Positions 1 to 13,659 of a DNA stretch of 64,000 nucleotides are shown piece after piece (the first letter of the stretch is position 1; each line of letters begins with the position of its first letter). Below the pieces are notes generated by a model. That model saw nothing but the letters and a program-made list of their open reading frames with translations, was not told the origin of the DNA and did no database searches. This stretch comes from Rhynchobatus australiae (lineage: Eukaryota). Location: NCBI GenBank assembly GCA_034780895.1, contig JAUZTB010000001.1:52644749-52708748 (forward strand), in the 5' to 3' direction. The position numbers and the translations under genes are program-made.

Positions 1-1984
1 GAAGGGTCTTGACCCAAAATGTCAAGTTTTCACTGTATGAGAAACCACCATTTCTTACCTTTGTGATTTTATGGGCTATTATAAAAAACAGTAAGGTGTA
101 GGGAGTGATCCTGAGGCTGGAAAGCTGAGAATGATTTTGATTGCTACAGCTAAACAGGTACTCATATGAAGGAGTTAACTGGATTGCAGAATAAAGAATT
201 TGAAATCATAGATTGTCACGGGTCTGAAGGATCAAAGATTAATTTGAGTTCTTGACTTTTCTGTAAAGAGAAATAAGTGAAATAAAAAAATAAATGTTTA
301 AAACTTCAAGAATTTTAATGAAATTTAGCAAAAGATTTAAGTTTAAGTCCCTGGCATATCAAGACAGGGCAATTACAGAACTAAATGGATGAAACTATTC
401 ATGATCAAAAAGCCTGGTGAAGCTACATGAAACAATTTCCTCCAGAAAGTGGAAGAGCAGTGTTATTGCACTATTGATGCAAACAGTCAAAAATGATGTT
501 CTTTTATATTCCTCCAGAATGTTGGTTTACATGCTCCTCCAACCTAGACTTATTTCTGATAGCATTTATTTTACTTTGCACCAAGCATGTTTGTACAGGA
601 ATGGCATTAATTTTTAGGCAAAGGGGAAAAATAAGGAAATAAAAGATTCCTAATAACTTCAATATACGAGTGGTCTTTCCTCCCACTCATCTGCCACCTG
701 CTCCATTGAGGTCCCACTTTGTTTGCTTCTTCAATTCAACCCAAGATTACGTCCTTGTCATGGTTCTGAGTTCTGGCCCTCAATTTGGCTCCTTTAATGC
801 CTTGTTGTCCAGAACATGGATTCCATGCTGGACTGATTGTNNNNNNNNNNNNNNNNNNNNNNNNNNNNNNNNNNNNNNNNNNNNNNNNNNNNNNNNNNNN
901 NNNNNNNNNNNNNNNNNNNNNNNNNNNNNNNNNNNNNNNNTGATTGTATAATGACACTCACCTGAGCCCCATTAGGGGCCTAGCATAAGTACCTGTGTTT
1001 CTCTGGCTCTAGTTGCCAGAGTATTGGTCTACCTTTGGTTCCTAGTTGTTTAGAGTGGTCTACTCTAGAGCAGTCCTGTGTTCTATTCTTTTGTGAAGAT
1101 CCAGTTTGCGTTGGGATTCCTCTTCTGATCTCAGAGGCAAGATTCCTTCCAGTTGCTACCGTGTTTGTCCTGAGGAAGTATCCTGATTCCAGTCTTGTAC
1201 TGGTGTGCCGCATTTGGGTTCTGAGTTCGCTCAACATTGTGACAGTCCTGCCATGGTCTTTTCTCAGTAATTCAATCTTCTCAGTCTCAAAAGATGAGCA
1301 AATATGTTCTCTTCCTTGTATTGATTTACCCCATCGACCACAGTTCCTTTTGTGTCTGCCCCCGAGGTAAGTTCTTTCCCAGTTTAGTTACAGCACTTCA
1401 AAAATCCATCTAACCTGTGATCCTCCATTCACCACAACATTCTACAGTTATTGAATCAGCTCAGCCGATCCCCTGCTCCAACTTTGACCCCAGGCCCTGT
1501 TAAAACTACAGCACTTTCTCAGTATAGCTGCCCCCGGTAGAATCCTAATTCCTGCTTCCTGAAGTGCAAAGCAACACAATCTTGAACAAATATGGAACAG
1601 AGAAACAATTTTTGACTTTGCAAACCCTTTCCACCACTTACATGGCACAAGTCAGGATTGAGAAAAATTGTTCCCTACTTGCCTTGCAATTCCAACCACA
1701 CTGATCACACAGCTTCATTCAGGACAACTTGGGCACCATCCCCATCATGAGCTGTTAACCATTGTAAAAGCCCTTTGCTGCATGTGCCATCTACAAAATT
1801 GCTGGCACCAACTCAAAGCTCCATTGACAGCATCTGGAAAACCAAGCAGAAGGAATAAGGCAGCAAAAGCACTTACAAGGTGGCAGTCTCCAAATCACAC
1901 ACCATCCTGACCTGGAAATAATGTTACCAGTCCTCATAGTAACAGTTCCCATGGTACCTACCCTATTTTATCAATTTGAGGCAC

Positions 1985-2710
1985 AAGAGATTCTGCAGAT
2001 GCTGGAATCTGGAGCAGCAACACAAAAATGCTAGAGAAATTCAGCAGGTTAGGCAGAGTCTGTGGAGGGAAATAAACAGTCGACATTTTGGGTTGAGACC
2101 CTTCCTCAGAACTGGAGGGGAAGAGGGCAGAATCCACGGCCTCCTTTACTGCCACGTTGAGGCCAGACGCAGATTGGAGGAGCAATACCTCATATTCTGC
2201 CTTGGTAGTCTCCAATCTAATGGCTCCAACATCGATTTCTCTAGCTTCCAGTAATCCCTCCTCTCTTCCTGCCCCCCACCCTTGATTTCTTTATCCTCCC
2301 CTTTATTTTCCCTCATTCCTGTGACCCCCTCACCCNNNNNNNNNNNNNNNNNNNNNNNNNNNNNNNNNNNNNNNNNNNNNNNNNNNNNNNNNNNNNNNNN
2401 NNNNNNNNNNNNNNNNNNNNNNNNNNNNNNNNNNNNNNNNNNNNNNNNNNNNNNNNNNNNNNNNNNNNNNNNNNNNNNNNNNNNNNNNNNNNNNNNNNNN
2501 NNNNNNNNNNNNNNNNNNNNNNNNNNNNNNNNNNNNNNNNNNNNNNNNNNNNNNNNNNNNNNNNNNNNNNNNCCCCCAACCTTCTTATCCTGGCTTCTGC
2601 CCTTTTCCTTTCCAGTCCTGATGAAGGGTCTTGACCCAAAATGTCAACCATTTATTTCCCTCCACAGATGCTGCCTAACCTGCTGAGTTCCTCCAGCATC
2701 TTGTATGTTG
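1985..2710 (+). mobile_element. Penelope-like element 3' end with inverted pLTR pieces and hammerhead-like motifs
   Basis: GIY-YIG C-terminal peptide HGLLYCHVEARRRLEEQYLIFCLGSLQSNGSNIDF (2135-2254). Oppositely oriented terminal repeats at 1990-2115 (-) and 2611-2710 (+), the latter with CTGATGA-A-GGGTCTTGACCC-AAAATGTC. Confidence 0.75.
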
Positions 2711-4154
2711 CTCTTTTATCAATCATCTCACTGTCCGCTTGTTTACAGAATGAACATGATCCACAATAATAACTGAATGTACACAATGAATCAAGATTAC
2801 CCAGGAACCAGGGTGTGAACAGCTTTCAGGGGATGCAAACATTTTTAGGATTTTAAATCTTAACTTTGCATTGTTGGACATCTGGCAATGAAGCCTTTGT
2901 AAACTGAATATAACCATTTATCAATTTCACAATGAAAACAAAATTACTTCAAGATCATATAGGTAACAGTCCCAAGATGTTAGAGCAAGTTATACATGAG
3001 ATTCTCATACTCCTGTACAATAGCAAGATCCTGGTGCAGAGCCAGATGTTGAAAGTTTGATTAGAAGCCCTCAGAATTTCTTGGAGGATCAGGAGATTCA
3101 TAGAGTAGTTGGCTTGCTGGATCACAGGGTTGGGAGTGAGATTGGTTTGTTTGTGGGGTTGTATGTCACATTGGGTAGGGGTGGGGGAGGGCATGGAGAG
3201 GACTGAAGATAAAGAACTTAACTTACAGACATCCCAATATAGTACTGCTTTAGTGAGACACAGTTGACTCAGGAGTGCCCACCAATGATCACTTCTGGGA
3301 CAACTTAGTCTAAGGTCCTCCACAATGCTCCAAAGGCAACATTAAATAAGTAACACCTCACCCCATACATGGTTGACTTATAAATTACAGCAGTCATTGA
3401 AGGCTGGTGCCAGGGATTGCATGTTCAAGTTCCTTGAGTGACTTCACATGACCCAAAAAAATATTCATTTATAGAAACACAGAAAAACTACAGCACAATT
3501 TAGGCCCTCTGACCCACAAAGCTATGCTGAACATGTCCCTACCCTAGAAATTACTGGGCTAAATTACTAGGCTATTACTCATGCATTTCACTCTGGACAG
3601 GTCAGTTTTCAATTACATAATGCTGATACTGTCACAATGTTGAGCAAACTCACAGAGAACCCAAATGCAGCACACTGATACAAGACTGGAGTCAGGAAAC
3701 TTCCNNNNNNNNNNNNNNNNNNNNNNNNNNNNNNNNNNNNNNNNNNNNNNNNNNNNNNNNNNNNNNNNNNNNNNNNNNNNNNNNNNNNNNNNNNNNNNNN
3801 NNNNNNNNNNNNNNNNNNNNNNNNNNNNNNNNNNNNNNNNNNNNNNNNNNNNNNNNNNNNNNNNNNNNNNNNNNNNNNNNNNNNNNNNNNNNNNNNNNNN
3901 NNNNNNNNNNNNNNNNNNNNNNNNNNNNNNNNNNNNNNNNNNNNNNNNNNNNNNNNNNNNNNNNNNNNNNNNNNNNNNNNNNNNNNNNNNNNNNNNNNNN
4001 NNNNNNNAGACAGAGTGCTTCACTGTTCTTGGGCAAATAAGCAATATAGAGACAGCAATATAATTCTGGCCTTTCAGTCTTTCATCACAAGAGTATGCAA
4101 AAGAGTAGCTCATCTATTTCCCCTCTCAATGGTTTTATTCCTTTTTGTGGTAAT

Positions 4155-4510
4155 AGAACATAAGAAATAGGAGCAGGAGTAGGCCATTTGGCCTATTGAG
4201 TCTGCTCTGCCATTCAATAAGATCATGGCTGATCTGGCCGTGGACTCAGATCCACCTGCCTGCTTTTTCCCCATAACACTTAATTCCTCTACTATGCAAA
4301 AATCTATCTAACTGCATCTTAAATATATTTAATGAGGCAGCCTCTGCTGCTTCCTTGGGCAGAGAATTCCACAAGTTCACTACTGTCTGGGAAAAGCAGT
4401 TCCTTCTTCTCTCTGTCCTAAATCTACTCCTCCAAATCTTGAAGCTATATCCCCAAGTTCTGGTCTCACCTACCAGTGGAAACAAATTCCCTGACTCTAT
4501 CTCATCTATC
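4155..4510 (-). mobile_element. CR1-type LINE 3' end
   Basis: Minus-strand peptide LFPLVGETRTWG...FRTERRRNCFSQTVVNLWNSLP...IFKMQLDRFL, the typical CR1 ORF2 C-terminus, with the (AGAACATA)n-type tail. Confidence 0.85.
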
Positions 4511-5989
4511 CCTAGCACACATCCCCTTGTACATCCCTTGTACAAATCTGCCTGATGTACAAAGCAGATTTTTTCAGTTTTTCTCAGGGAGATTGTTTTA
4601 CACCAAACATATTTACCCTCAACAACGTTTCCCTNNNNNNNNNNNNNNNNNNNNNNNNNNNNNNNNNNNNNNNNNNNNNNNNNNNNNNNNNNNNNNNNNN
4701 NNNNNNNNNNNNNNNNNNNNAAACTGGGGCCCTGCCCTGGGGCTCATTTTGGGTTAGGAACATGGAATCATGGGATTTCAGGAATGTGTAACTATATATG
4801 AGAAAACCATCACAATCACACATATTTAGATAAATTTTACTTCGAATTTGTTGCTTTGAAAGAAAAAAAGTGTTAAAGAATTGAAATAAGATTATATATA
4901 AGATAAAATAAAAAGAATTAAAATAAGATATCTTGGTTCATTGTTATTATGTGGGCATTGCTGGCAAAGTCATCATTTAGATGTTCATCCCCAGATGCAC
5001 TTGAGATTTAAGTACTGAGCCACCTTCATGAACCATTCGTAGCTAATTGATGCAGAAGTGTACGTAGGGTAGACCTAAGCAGAAACACAGCCACCACCAC
5101 CCCACCCAATAATGACTGCACCTTAAGTACACAAATGTATGAGTATATGTATGTAATATGTCTGTTTAACATGTGACTCCAAGAGCAATCAAATTTAAAT
5201 TCCTGGTCCATTCATTGTCTTCCCAGACCACTTCAAGGGGTGGTTAAGAATAACCCATGTTCCTCTGGGTCTGAAGCTGCATGCAGACCAGACAAGTAAA
5301 GATGATCTATTTTCCTTTGTAAAGGATATTAGTGAGTCAAGTAAATTTTTACAGCATTGTACTGGTTTTATGATAACAACACTGATATCAGTATTTAATT
5401 CCAGATTTAACTAATTAACTAAATCTAAGTTTGTCAGCTGTGAATGGATTTGAACTCTTGTCTCAAAAATAGTTGAACCTGGTTTCTGGATTACTATCCC
5501 AGGGACATAACTGCTATCCTACCATACCCCAAGCATAATTGTAAAATACACCTTGATATACTTTACTTATTAAATCTGTTGCATTAAATTAATTAAGAAT
5601 AACTGTACAGCTCCCCATTGATTTAATATGTTTATAATGTCAGTGACTGAGCTATACATTATCAGAAATGTCTCAGCATGATTCACTCGTTCATGTTAAA
5701 AAAGTGGCTCAAGATGGTTTGGCGTGGCTGAAAGCTTGATCAAAGAGAGGTTAATAATTAAGAATCTCCACAAATTCTGGCTATTTTGTAGAAGATTATG
5801 GGTTCACAGAGGTGCACAAGAATTGGTTGCAAATTGTCTTTGAACATCCTGAAGTTGTAAAGTACCTAAAGTGTAATCACAATTGTCATGTGCAAATTGC
5901 TGCAACAACTTTGTGCTACATAAACTTCTGCAATAGAATGATAATAATCAGCTTTGGTAATGTTGATTGAAGATTAAGTATTGACCAGG

Positions 5990-6065
5990 TCACTGGAGAT
6001 AATGTCCTTCCTCTTCTTTGAAATTGATCACTGGAGATAATGTCCTTCCTCTTCTTTGAAATTGA
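5990..6065 (+). repeat. Perfect 38-bp tandem duplication
   Basis: TCACTGGAGATAATGTCCTTCCTCTTCTTTGAAATTGA at 5990-6027 and 6028-6065. Confidence 0.95.
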
Positions 6066-8974
6066 GCCATTGGATTTCTTGCACTCACCTAAGCAGGTAA
6101 AAAAGCCTTGGTTTAAAATCTCATGGCAGAGCCAACAGTGCAGTACCTCTTCAATTTTGCACCAGAGTGTCAACCTAGACTTTTGTGTTTAAGTTAAAGT
6201 GATATTAACCGCACAACAGCTGTAAAATTGAGATACTGGGTAGGAGCCAGAGTGAGTTTAGCTGCATTCCTCATCTTCTTGATTAGTGTGTTGACACTTG
6301 TATAAACATAAACCTTTTCATGTGAGCAAGAGCAGTTTCATGATGTTATAGGTCAGGCTCCACATAACAATGTAAAGACCATGACAACGGTCAGGACTTT
6401 CATTGGTTGAGGAACAGCTCCAAGTAAATGTGTAGCCAAGAGGAAGAAATTGTTTTATCAGTAAAAAAATTGTGTTAGGGTGGTGTTGCCTGTTTTGGTC
6501 AGGGCCGTACAATGGAATGTTCTAGCACATGGACATGCAAAGTGTGCCATACATAAACTGTGTGTGAGTAGGCAGGTCTGCTCAACAAGCACAAACGTTT
6601 ACTAGCTCGTGGCAGGAGCTATTAAAGCACCAGCTGTCAAAGGGAGGCTGTGTGTGAAGTTTACCCAGGAATAGCAGAGGAGAAGTGAAGAGAAGCTTCA
6701 TTCCTCTCCAGTGATTGTTGGCACATCATATTGTCAGAGGTAGGCTTCTGGGCCAGGCATTTTGGTGGTGGGGGTTTCCCCACAACAAAACCAAGAACAA
6801 AAATATAAGAAACTAGGAGCAGGAGCAAACCATCTGACTTCTTGAGCCTGCCCTGCCATTCAATATGATCACGCTGATCAGTGCTGGCCTCAATCCCTCT
6901 TCTATGCCATTTGCACATAACCCTCAATTCCCTAGCCTTTCAAAAATGTATCAACCTTCACCTTACATGCTTCTAAACTGCAAAGGAGCTTGGGACCAGC
7001 TGGGGCAAATGAAGTCATCAGTACCAGATCACCTGACAATCATCTATGAAGGGATGAGTACTTTAACTAATGGAGGGCAAGGTCATCAGGTCATGTCTTG
7101 CTCCTACATTCAAGATCCTTGCCGCTTGCAAAGTCAAATGCCCGCAGCAGCTTTGTAATGGTGCATCAGTCTTACTTGGCACACTGACTAACATCACTGC
7201 TGAGTGTCCAAAAGTCTTTATGCATAAGCACATCATATGCACAGAGGCCAGAGTATAGTGTCCCAAAGCACGATGACACCAATCACAAACAGATCTGTTT
7301 TCAGGTAAAATTCTATTGTATAGCACTTAAAAATTTTGTGTTACACAACAGATTTTTTCCCTCATGTCTTTATAACAGGAGACAGAGAAAAATGATGGAG
7401 AAAGTTGGAATAATACATAGATTTGATAGATCATTGACTTGAATTCATGTTCTGACTGAAGCCATTGTAACTGAACTCAGAGTTTAAATTGGAAGGATTT
7501 ACTTCATCCATCAAAACATGACAGCAAGTACCAGTAGGTGCCAAAAACAGAAGTTTCTTTGGTTTTTGTAAACAGGTTAGTTAAAGTATTCCTTTGATAA
7601 GATTGTAGCCATGTTAGCGTTATATGGTTTTGAGGACATAAAGTTAATCTACCTAGAAACAAGTCATTCACATTTTCACTTAGACACAAAAGCCTCTCCA
7701 AATCAATTTGATAAAAAAAGCTTTTACTCTGCCAACAATTGAACATTATGTTACCAGCTGGAAGATAGAATTCCAAACCCCACAAGCTGGAAATCTGAAA
7801 TAAAACTGGAAAATGCTGGAAAAACTCAGCAGGCCAGGCAGCATCCATGGAGAAAAACCAATGAAGACACAAGAGACTGCAGATGCTGGAATCTGGAGCA
7901 ACACGAAAGGCACTTGAGGAACTCAACGGGCCTGGGAGCATCTATGGAGAGAAATAGACAGTCACCATTTTAAGTTGTGACCCTTCACCTGGACTGTACA
8001 GAAAGGGGGTGATAGCCAGTATAAAATGGTGGAGGGAAGGGGTGGAGCAAGGCTAGAAGGTGATAGGTGGANNNNNNNNNNNNNNNNNNNNNNNNNNNNN
8101 NNNNNNNNNNNNNNNNNNNNNNNNNNNNNNNNNNNNNGATAGGTGGAAGTAACAAAGGACAGAAGATGCTAGAATATGATAGGAGAGGACAGTGGCGGGT
8201 GGAATAAAGGGAGGGGATGGGGCGAGGAACCAGTGGGAGGAATGTGTGAGTGATGGGCAGATGAAGGGAGAGGGAGGGAGCGGGGGAGGGGAAAGACATA
8301 GAGTGATGGGGACCAGGTGAATCAGGAGGAGAGAGGAAAAGAAAAATTTATTTCCTCTAAAAGGAAAAATAGGGGAAAAGGGACAGAGGGCGAGTGGTTA
8401 CCAGAAGTTTGAGCATTCGATGTTCATGCTGCCAGGTCGGAGATTGCCCAGGCAGAATATGAAGCGTTGCTCTTCTAATTTTCAATTGGCTGTGACCTGG
8501 CAGTGGAGGAGGTTGTCGACAGACATGTCAGTGTGGAATTGAAATGGCTGGTCACAAGGAAATTCCAGCTGGCACAGCAGAGAGAGAAGAGGTGCTCAGA
8601 GGTGCCTGCCCTCATCTGCCTATCACCCCCCCTCACTTGGATCCACCTATCACCTGCTATCTTTTATACTGGCCGTCTCCCCCTTCCTTTCTAATCCAGA
8701 TGAAGGATCTGGACCAGAAATGTTCATTTCCCTCCAGAGATGGTGCCTGACCTGCTGAGTTCCTCCAGCACCTCTTGTGTTGCTCCACTAAACAATGAAG
8801 GGTCTTGAGATATTAACTGTTACTCTTTCTACTTATGCTGCTTGACCTGCTGAATTTTCAGGAATCTTCTGTTTTTATTTCAACAACGAGACACCAATTA
8901 TTCCAAATATCAGCATCAAGGTAGAAACAAAGTAATTGTGAAACAATATTTGGATGATCTAATAAGATTTCTTT

Positions 8975-9150
8975 ATTAGTCACATGTATATTGAAACACA
9001 CAGTGAAATGCATCTTTTGCGTAGAGTGTTCTGGGGCAGCCTACAAGTGTCGCCATGCTTCTGGCATCAACATAGCATGTCCACAACTTCCTAACCCATA
9101 TGTATTTGGAATGTGGGAGGAAACTGGAGCACCCAGAGGAAACCCACACA
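8975..9150 (-). mobile_element. V-SINE 3' half
   Basis: Reverse complement of the V-domain and tail seen at 20040-20330. Confidence 0.8.
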
Positions 9151-9527
9151 TCTAAACTGGAGACTATCTTAAAATGTTCCAGAAACAAAACTACAAACTG
9201 TCTCAGTATCCCCCNNNNNNNNNNNNNNNNNNNNNNNNNNNNNNNNNNNNNNNNNNNNNNNNNNNNNNNNNNNNNNNNNNNNNNNNNNNNNNNNNNNNNN
9301 NNNNNNNNNNNNNNNNNNNNNNNNNNNNNNNNNNNNNNNNNNNNNNNNNNNNNNNNNNNNNNNNNNNNNNNNNNNNNNNNNNNNNNNNNNNNNNNNNNNN
9401 NNNNNNNNNNNNNNNNNNNNNNNNNNNNNNNNNNNNNNNNNNNNNNNNNNNNNNNNNNNNNNNNNNNNNNNNNNNNNNNNNNNNNNNNNNNNNNNNNNNN
9501 NNNNNNNNNATAAAAGGATAGATTTCT

Positions 9528-10120
9528 TTCTAGAATTTTTTGAACTGTTAAGCTGACAGACTCTTGGACCATATAAACTATTTTTAAAGGTCATACAAAC
9601 ATGTTAAGACATGTCTGTCTTGGCTGAGGCAGATCGCAATCCACTCATTTGTTTATGTTACAGCAGTGAAATATTCATTTATCAAACTATGTATCAGCTT
9701 ACAGCAGCTTAGTTGCTAAATAAATTCCATCACATATAACATTTAACACTTGTAAGATAGCATGCTACCCGGATTATATTAAATCTCTGTTACTATTTCC
9801 ATTCAATTCATTTTCTATAAACACTGTTAATTTCATGCAAAAACCTATTCAGGGTTTTTCAATGATCAATTTATTGTAGCATAACATTTTAAACTCCATG
9901 GTGTTTTTGTAATGTTTCATTAATATTACAAGATTGACCATAATCCAGGCAGCAAGCTGCTTGTATAACGTAAATAAATGAGTGGATTGGAATCTGCATC
10001 AGCCAAGACAGGCGTGCCTTAACATGTGTTTTTGTAATGCTCTTTAAAAGTATGTTACATTGTTCAAGAGATTTTGATTCAGTCTGTTAGCTTAATTGCA
10101 GTTACTTGATGTTTCTAAAG
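9528..10120. repeat. Long imperfect inverted repeat (arms ~9528-9670 and ~9955-10120), MITE-like relic
   Basis: ACATGTTAAGACATGTCTGTCTTGGCTGAGGCAGATCGCAATCCACTCATTT versus AAATGAGTGGATTGGAATCTGCATCAGCCAAGACAGGCGTGCCTTAACATGT, with weaker pairing extending outward. Confidence 0.8.
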
Positions 10121-11259
10121 TATTGCATTAGATTGTCAACCAAGATTGTCTTCTCCAGCCAATGGGCTCAAACAGAATATGCTTACAAGGAAAATAAGAG
10201 AGCTCCCAATTGTTTAAAGTTATGCTAATCATTTTGAACTTGACTATTAGCTTNNNNNNNNNNGCAGCACTGTGTTGGCTCCTAATTCTGTTCACTTCTG
10301 CTCATTCACTATTATTGGAGTCAGTAGAACACTAAGTGTGGAGCTGAGTGGAACCGATGGTCTACACTCTTGCATGTATTTAGTGTTAGCCTCCAGGGAC
10401 AAAACTATCCCTCCAAGCATTTAGTAGTAGTTACTTGTTTCACCCAGAAACAATATATACTTTGGGACAATTTAATTGGTTCGCAGTTTTAAACTCTTCC
10501 GTGTTATGGAAAGTTTTGAATTTTTTATGAATAGTTACTTCGTAAATAAATAGGACTGGCGTGGCCTTTTCTAATTTGACTGGAACGTTTTGCACTGCTT
10601 AATTTCTAATGCTTCAGTTTCTTTTTCCTTTGAGTATAACCAGGTTAATGCAGCTTTGACCCCAAGACAAGCCAATTTCCTTCCTGTTTTTTTTCTTGAT
10701 GATCAAGTAGTTACGACAATGGATTGAAGCATCATATAGGCAATTCAGTTCCAGATTTTGAAGGTTGTCTTATTTAGGTGAACTATAACAGAAAATTCTC
10801 AAAACAAGTCAGACAGCAACAGAGGAAAGAGAAATAGAGTTAATGTTGAGGTCAAAAACTGGGAAGCAGAGAATAAAAGAGTATTAAGTTGCAGGGAGGA
10901 TAGAGGAGGGATGAATAGGATAGAGGGAATATCTATTGTGCTCTGCTGTTCCACTTTATTCTTCATTGCATTTGGTGCTGCAACAAATTACTTTTTTCTT
11001 TCCTTTCAAGTAGCAAAGATTGCAAATTCCAACAGCGTTTGAATTCCAGTACCTCTCTGGATCTTTCTCTCTTCTCACTTTCCTCTGACCCCATCTCTCT
11101 CCCCCCCCGTCCCATCCCTTGCTGTATTTTCACTATGCCTTCTGATCACCCCCTCTCTGATCCTGGACAATCAGTTCTCAGCAGAAGCTTTGGCTTCATT
11201 CCACCTCCCTCCTCCCACAGACCCATCAAAGTGAAATCTGAATCCAACATGACATTGAA

Positions 11260-13350
11260 CTCTTAAATAAAAACAGAAAATGCTGGAAATATTCAGCAGG
11301 TCAGGCCACATCTGTGGGAAGTGAAACAGAGCTAACATTTCAGGTTGATGACCCTTCGCCAGAACTGGAAAGGAGACAAAAGAAGCTCGTTCAACTGCAG
11401 GGAGGGTGGGGGAGAGGATGTCTCTGATAGGTTGAAATTGGGGTGACCCTGAGGATAAGCTGTAAACAAGGTTACCTGTTCAGTGAGTGATTGGGAGCAG
11501 ATAGAGATTGAGAACACAGACAAGAGAACATGGACAAAAGAATAGAAAATCCTGGAAATACTCACAGGTTGGGCTGAATCTGCAGGAAGAGAAACAGGGT
11601 CAACATTTCAAGTCAAAGATCCTTCATCCCTTTCCAATCTGAAATGTTGACTCTGCTTCTCTTCCCACAGATGTGGCCTGACCTGCTGAGAATTTCCAGC
11701 ATTTCCTACTTTTGTTCCAGATTTCCAGCAGCTGCAGTTTTTTTCTAATTTTCATTGCCCAAAGAATTTAGGAATTGCAAAATACTGAGCAGGAAGCCAT
11801 GCCCAGCAGAAAAAATGGGTGGGGGTGATGAGGGGTCGGGGAGGTTGCAGAAAAACAAACAATCCTGGTCAATATCAAAGATGGGTGATTGATACTGTCA
11901 GAGAAATCAAGTTACTTGAAACTGTAGAATTCGGTATTAAGTCCTGAAGGCTGCAATATGCCCACATGGAAGATGAGGTGCTGTTCCTCAAGCTCGCACT
12001 GGGTCTCATTGCAACAGTACAGGAGGCCACAGACTGATAGGTCTGAGTGAGAGTGGGATGGAGTGGCAGGCAATGAGAAGCTCAGGGAGAAACTCCTGAG
12101 ATCCACGGGACTGTCTGGGTGGATCCATTGTGTCAGACTGCTCTTGCCCCACCTAACTCATTTGTTCCTACCTGGACTCCATCTTTACTCCTTGGTCCAG
12201 TCCATTCCCACATTCATCCATGACATCCCTGATGTCCTCTGCTACTTCAACAGTTTCCAATTCCCTAGTCCCAATCAACTCATCTTTACCACGGACATAC
12301 AATCCCTCTACACTTCCATTTCACATCAGCATGATCAGAGGTCCTTCTGCCTCTTCACCAACATACATTCACCTGGCTGAACTCGTTCTCACATTGAACA
12401 ACTTCTCCTTCGACACCACTCACTTTTTCTTGATCAAAGGTGTAGCAATGGGAACTCACATGGGGTTGAGCTATGTCTGTTTTTCTTATATGGAATACAT
12501 GGGACATTTTTTATTTCAGCCTTCCTTGGGCCCCTTCCCTCAATTCTTTTTCTAGTACATTAATAACTGTATTGGTGCTGCTTCCTACACACATATGGAA
12601 CTCAAAAAGAATCAGTCCTGTAGCAGGGTTTCAACCCAAAGTGCCAACAATTCCTTCCTCCCACAGATGCCTGACCCGCTGATTTCCTCCGGCAGATTTT
12701 TTGTTGTTCCTGTTCCCAGCATCTGCAGTTTTTTATGTCTCAAAAAATCATTACCTTTGCTGCCAATTTTCACGCTGCTTTCACTTTCNNNNNNNNNNNN
12801 NNNNNNNNNNNNNNNNNNNNNNNNNNNNNNNNNNNNNNNNNNNNNNNNNNNNNNNNNNNNNNNNNNNNNNNNNNNNNNNNNNNNNNNNNNNNNNNNNNNN
12901 NNNNNNNNNNNNNNNNNNNNNNNNNNNNNNNNGCACAGTCTGACTAGTTGGGTATGCCATACAGGCCTGTACTTTGCAACTTCTATATTCCTTTGTCCAG
13001 CTGCCTTTTTTTCACAGCCTTTTGTGAACATGGTACATGTTTTCTCTCTTTGACTTTCCACATTTAACCCATCCACTGATTACCACATTTACAGCCTATC
13101 CCCAGGGCAACCCTGGTCTCACCCGATCCATGATATTCCCTTTATCCTATCCATTCCCCCACCACCACCACCGCCACCCATCTTCTCTGCAGCTTAAAAC
13201 CAATTTGTTTTCACTCATTCCCAATTCTGATGCAGGGTCTTCAACCTGAAACATGAACTCTGTTTCTCTTTCCGCAGTTGTCTCACTTGATAAGCATTTC
13301 CAACATTTTCTGTTTTTATTTCAGATTTCCAGCACCTGCGGTTCTTTTGA
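11260..13350. mobile_element. Cluster of Penelope-like fragments (RT and GIY-YIG remnants, pLTR pieces)
   Basis: Plus-strand RT remnants FTTDIQSLYTSI and LAELVLTLNNFSFD...KGVAMGTHMG (12280-12470); minus-strand GLLYC...LEEQHLIF (11912-12050); repeated CCACAGATGCTGCCTGACCTGCTGAG-like termini. Confidence 0.75.
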
Positions 13351-13659
13351 TTTTTATTTAAGTAACACTTGATATTTATATTTTTGGTTTTTATTCAAAT
13401 AAAACAGAAATTCATTCAATGAACATCATACTTTATACAATAGTTTATATTTTTGACATTAAAAATCTAAGGATGATTAAGAATCAGGCTTAGGTAAAAT
13501 GATTGACAAGTGTTTATATTACCAGGATATATATGTATATAGGTGGTTATGTGAATTTTGGAAACCAGAGGCTCTGTCACACACAAGGGAGACTGCAGAT
13601 GCTCGTATCTGGAGGGAAAAAAACCGCTGGATGGTCGGGCAGCATCCGTGGAGGCAAAG

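Noticed and set aside
945-3704. Inverted pair of similar sequences at ~1170-1245 and 3627-3704
   Set aside because: Most likely two copies of one dispersed LTR-like repeat. Both abut assembly gaps, so the structure cannot be assessed.
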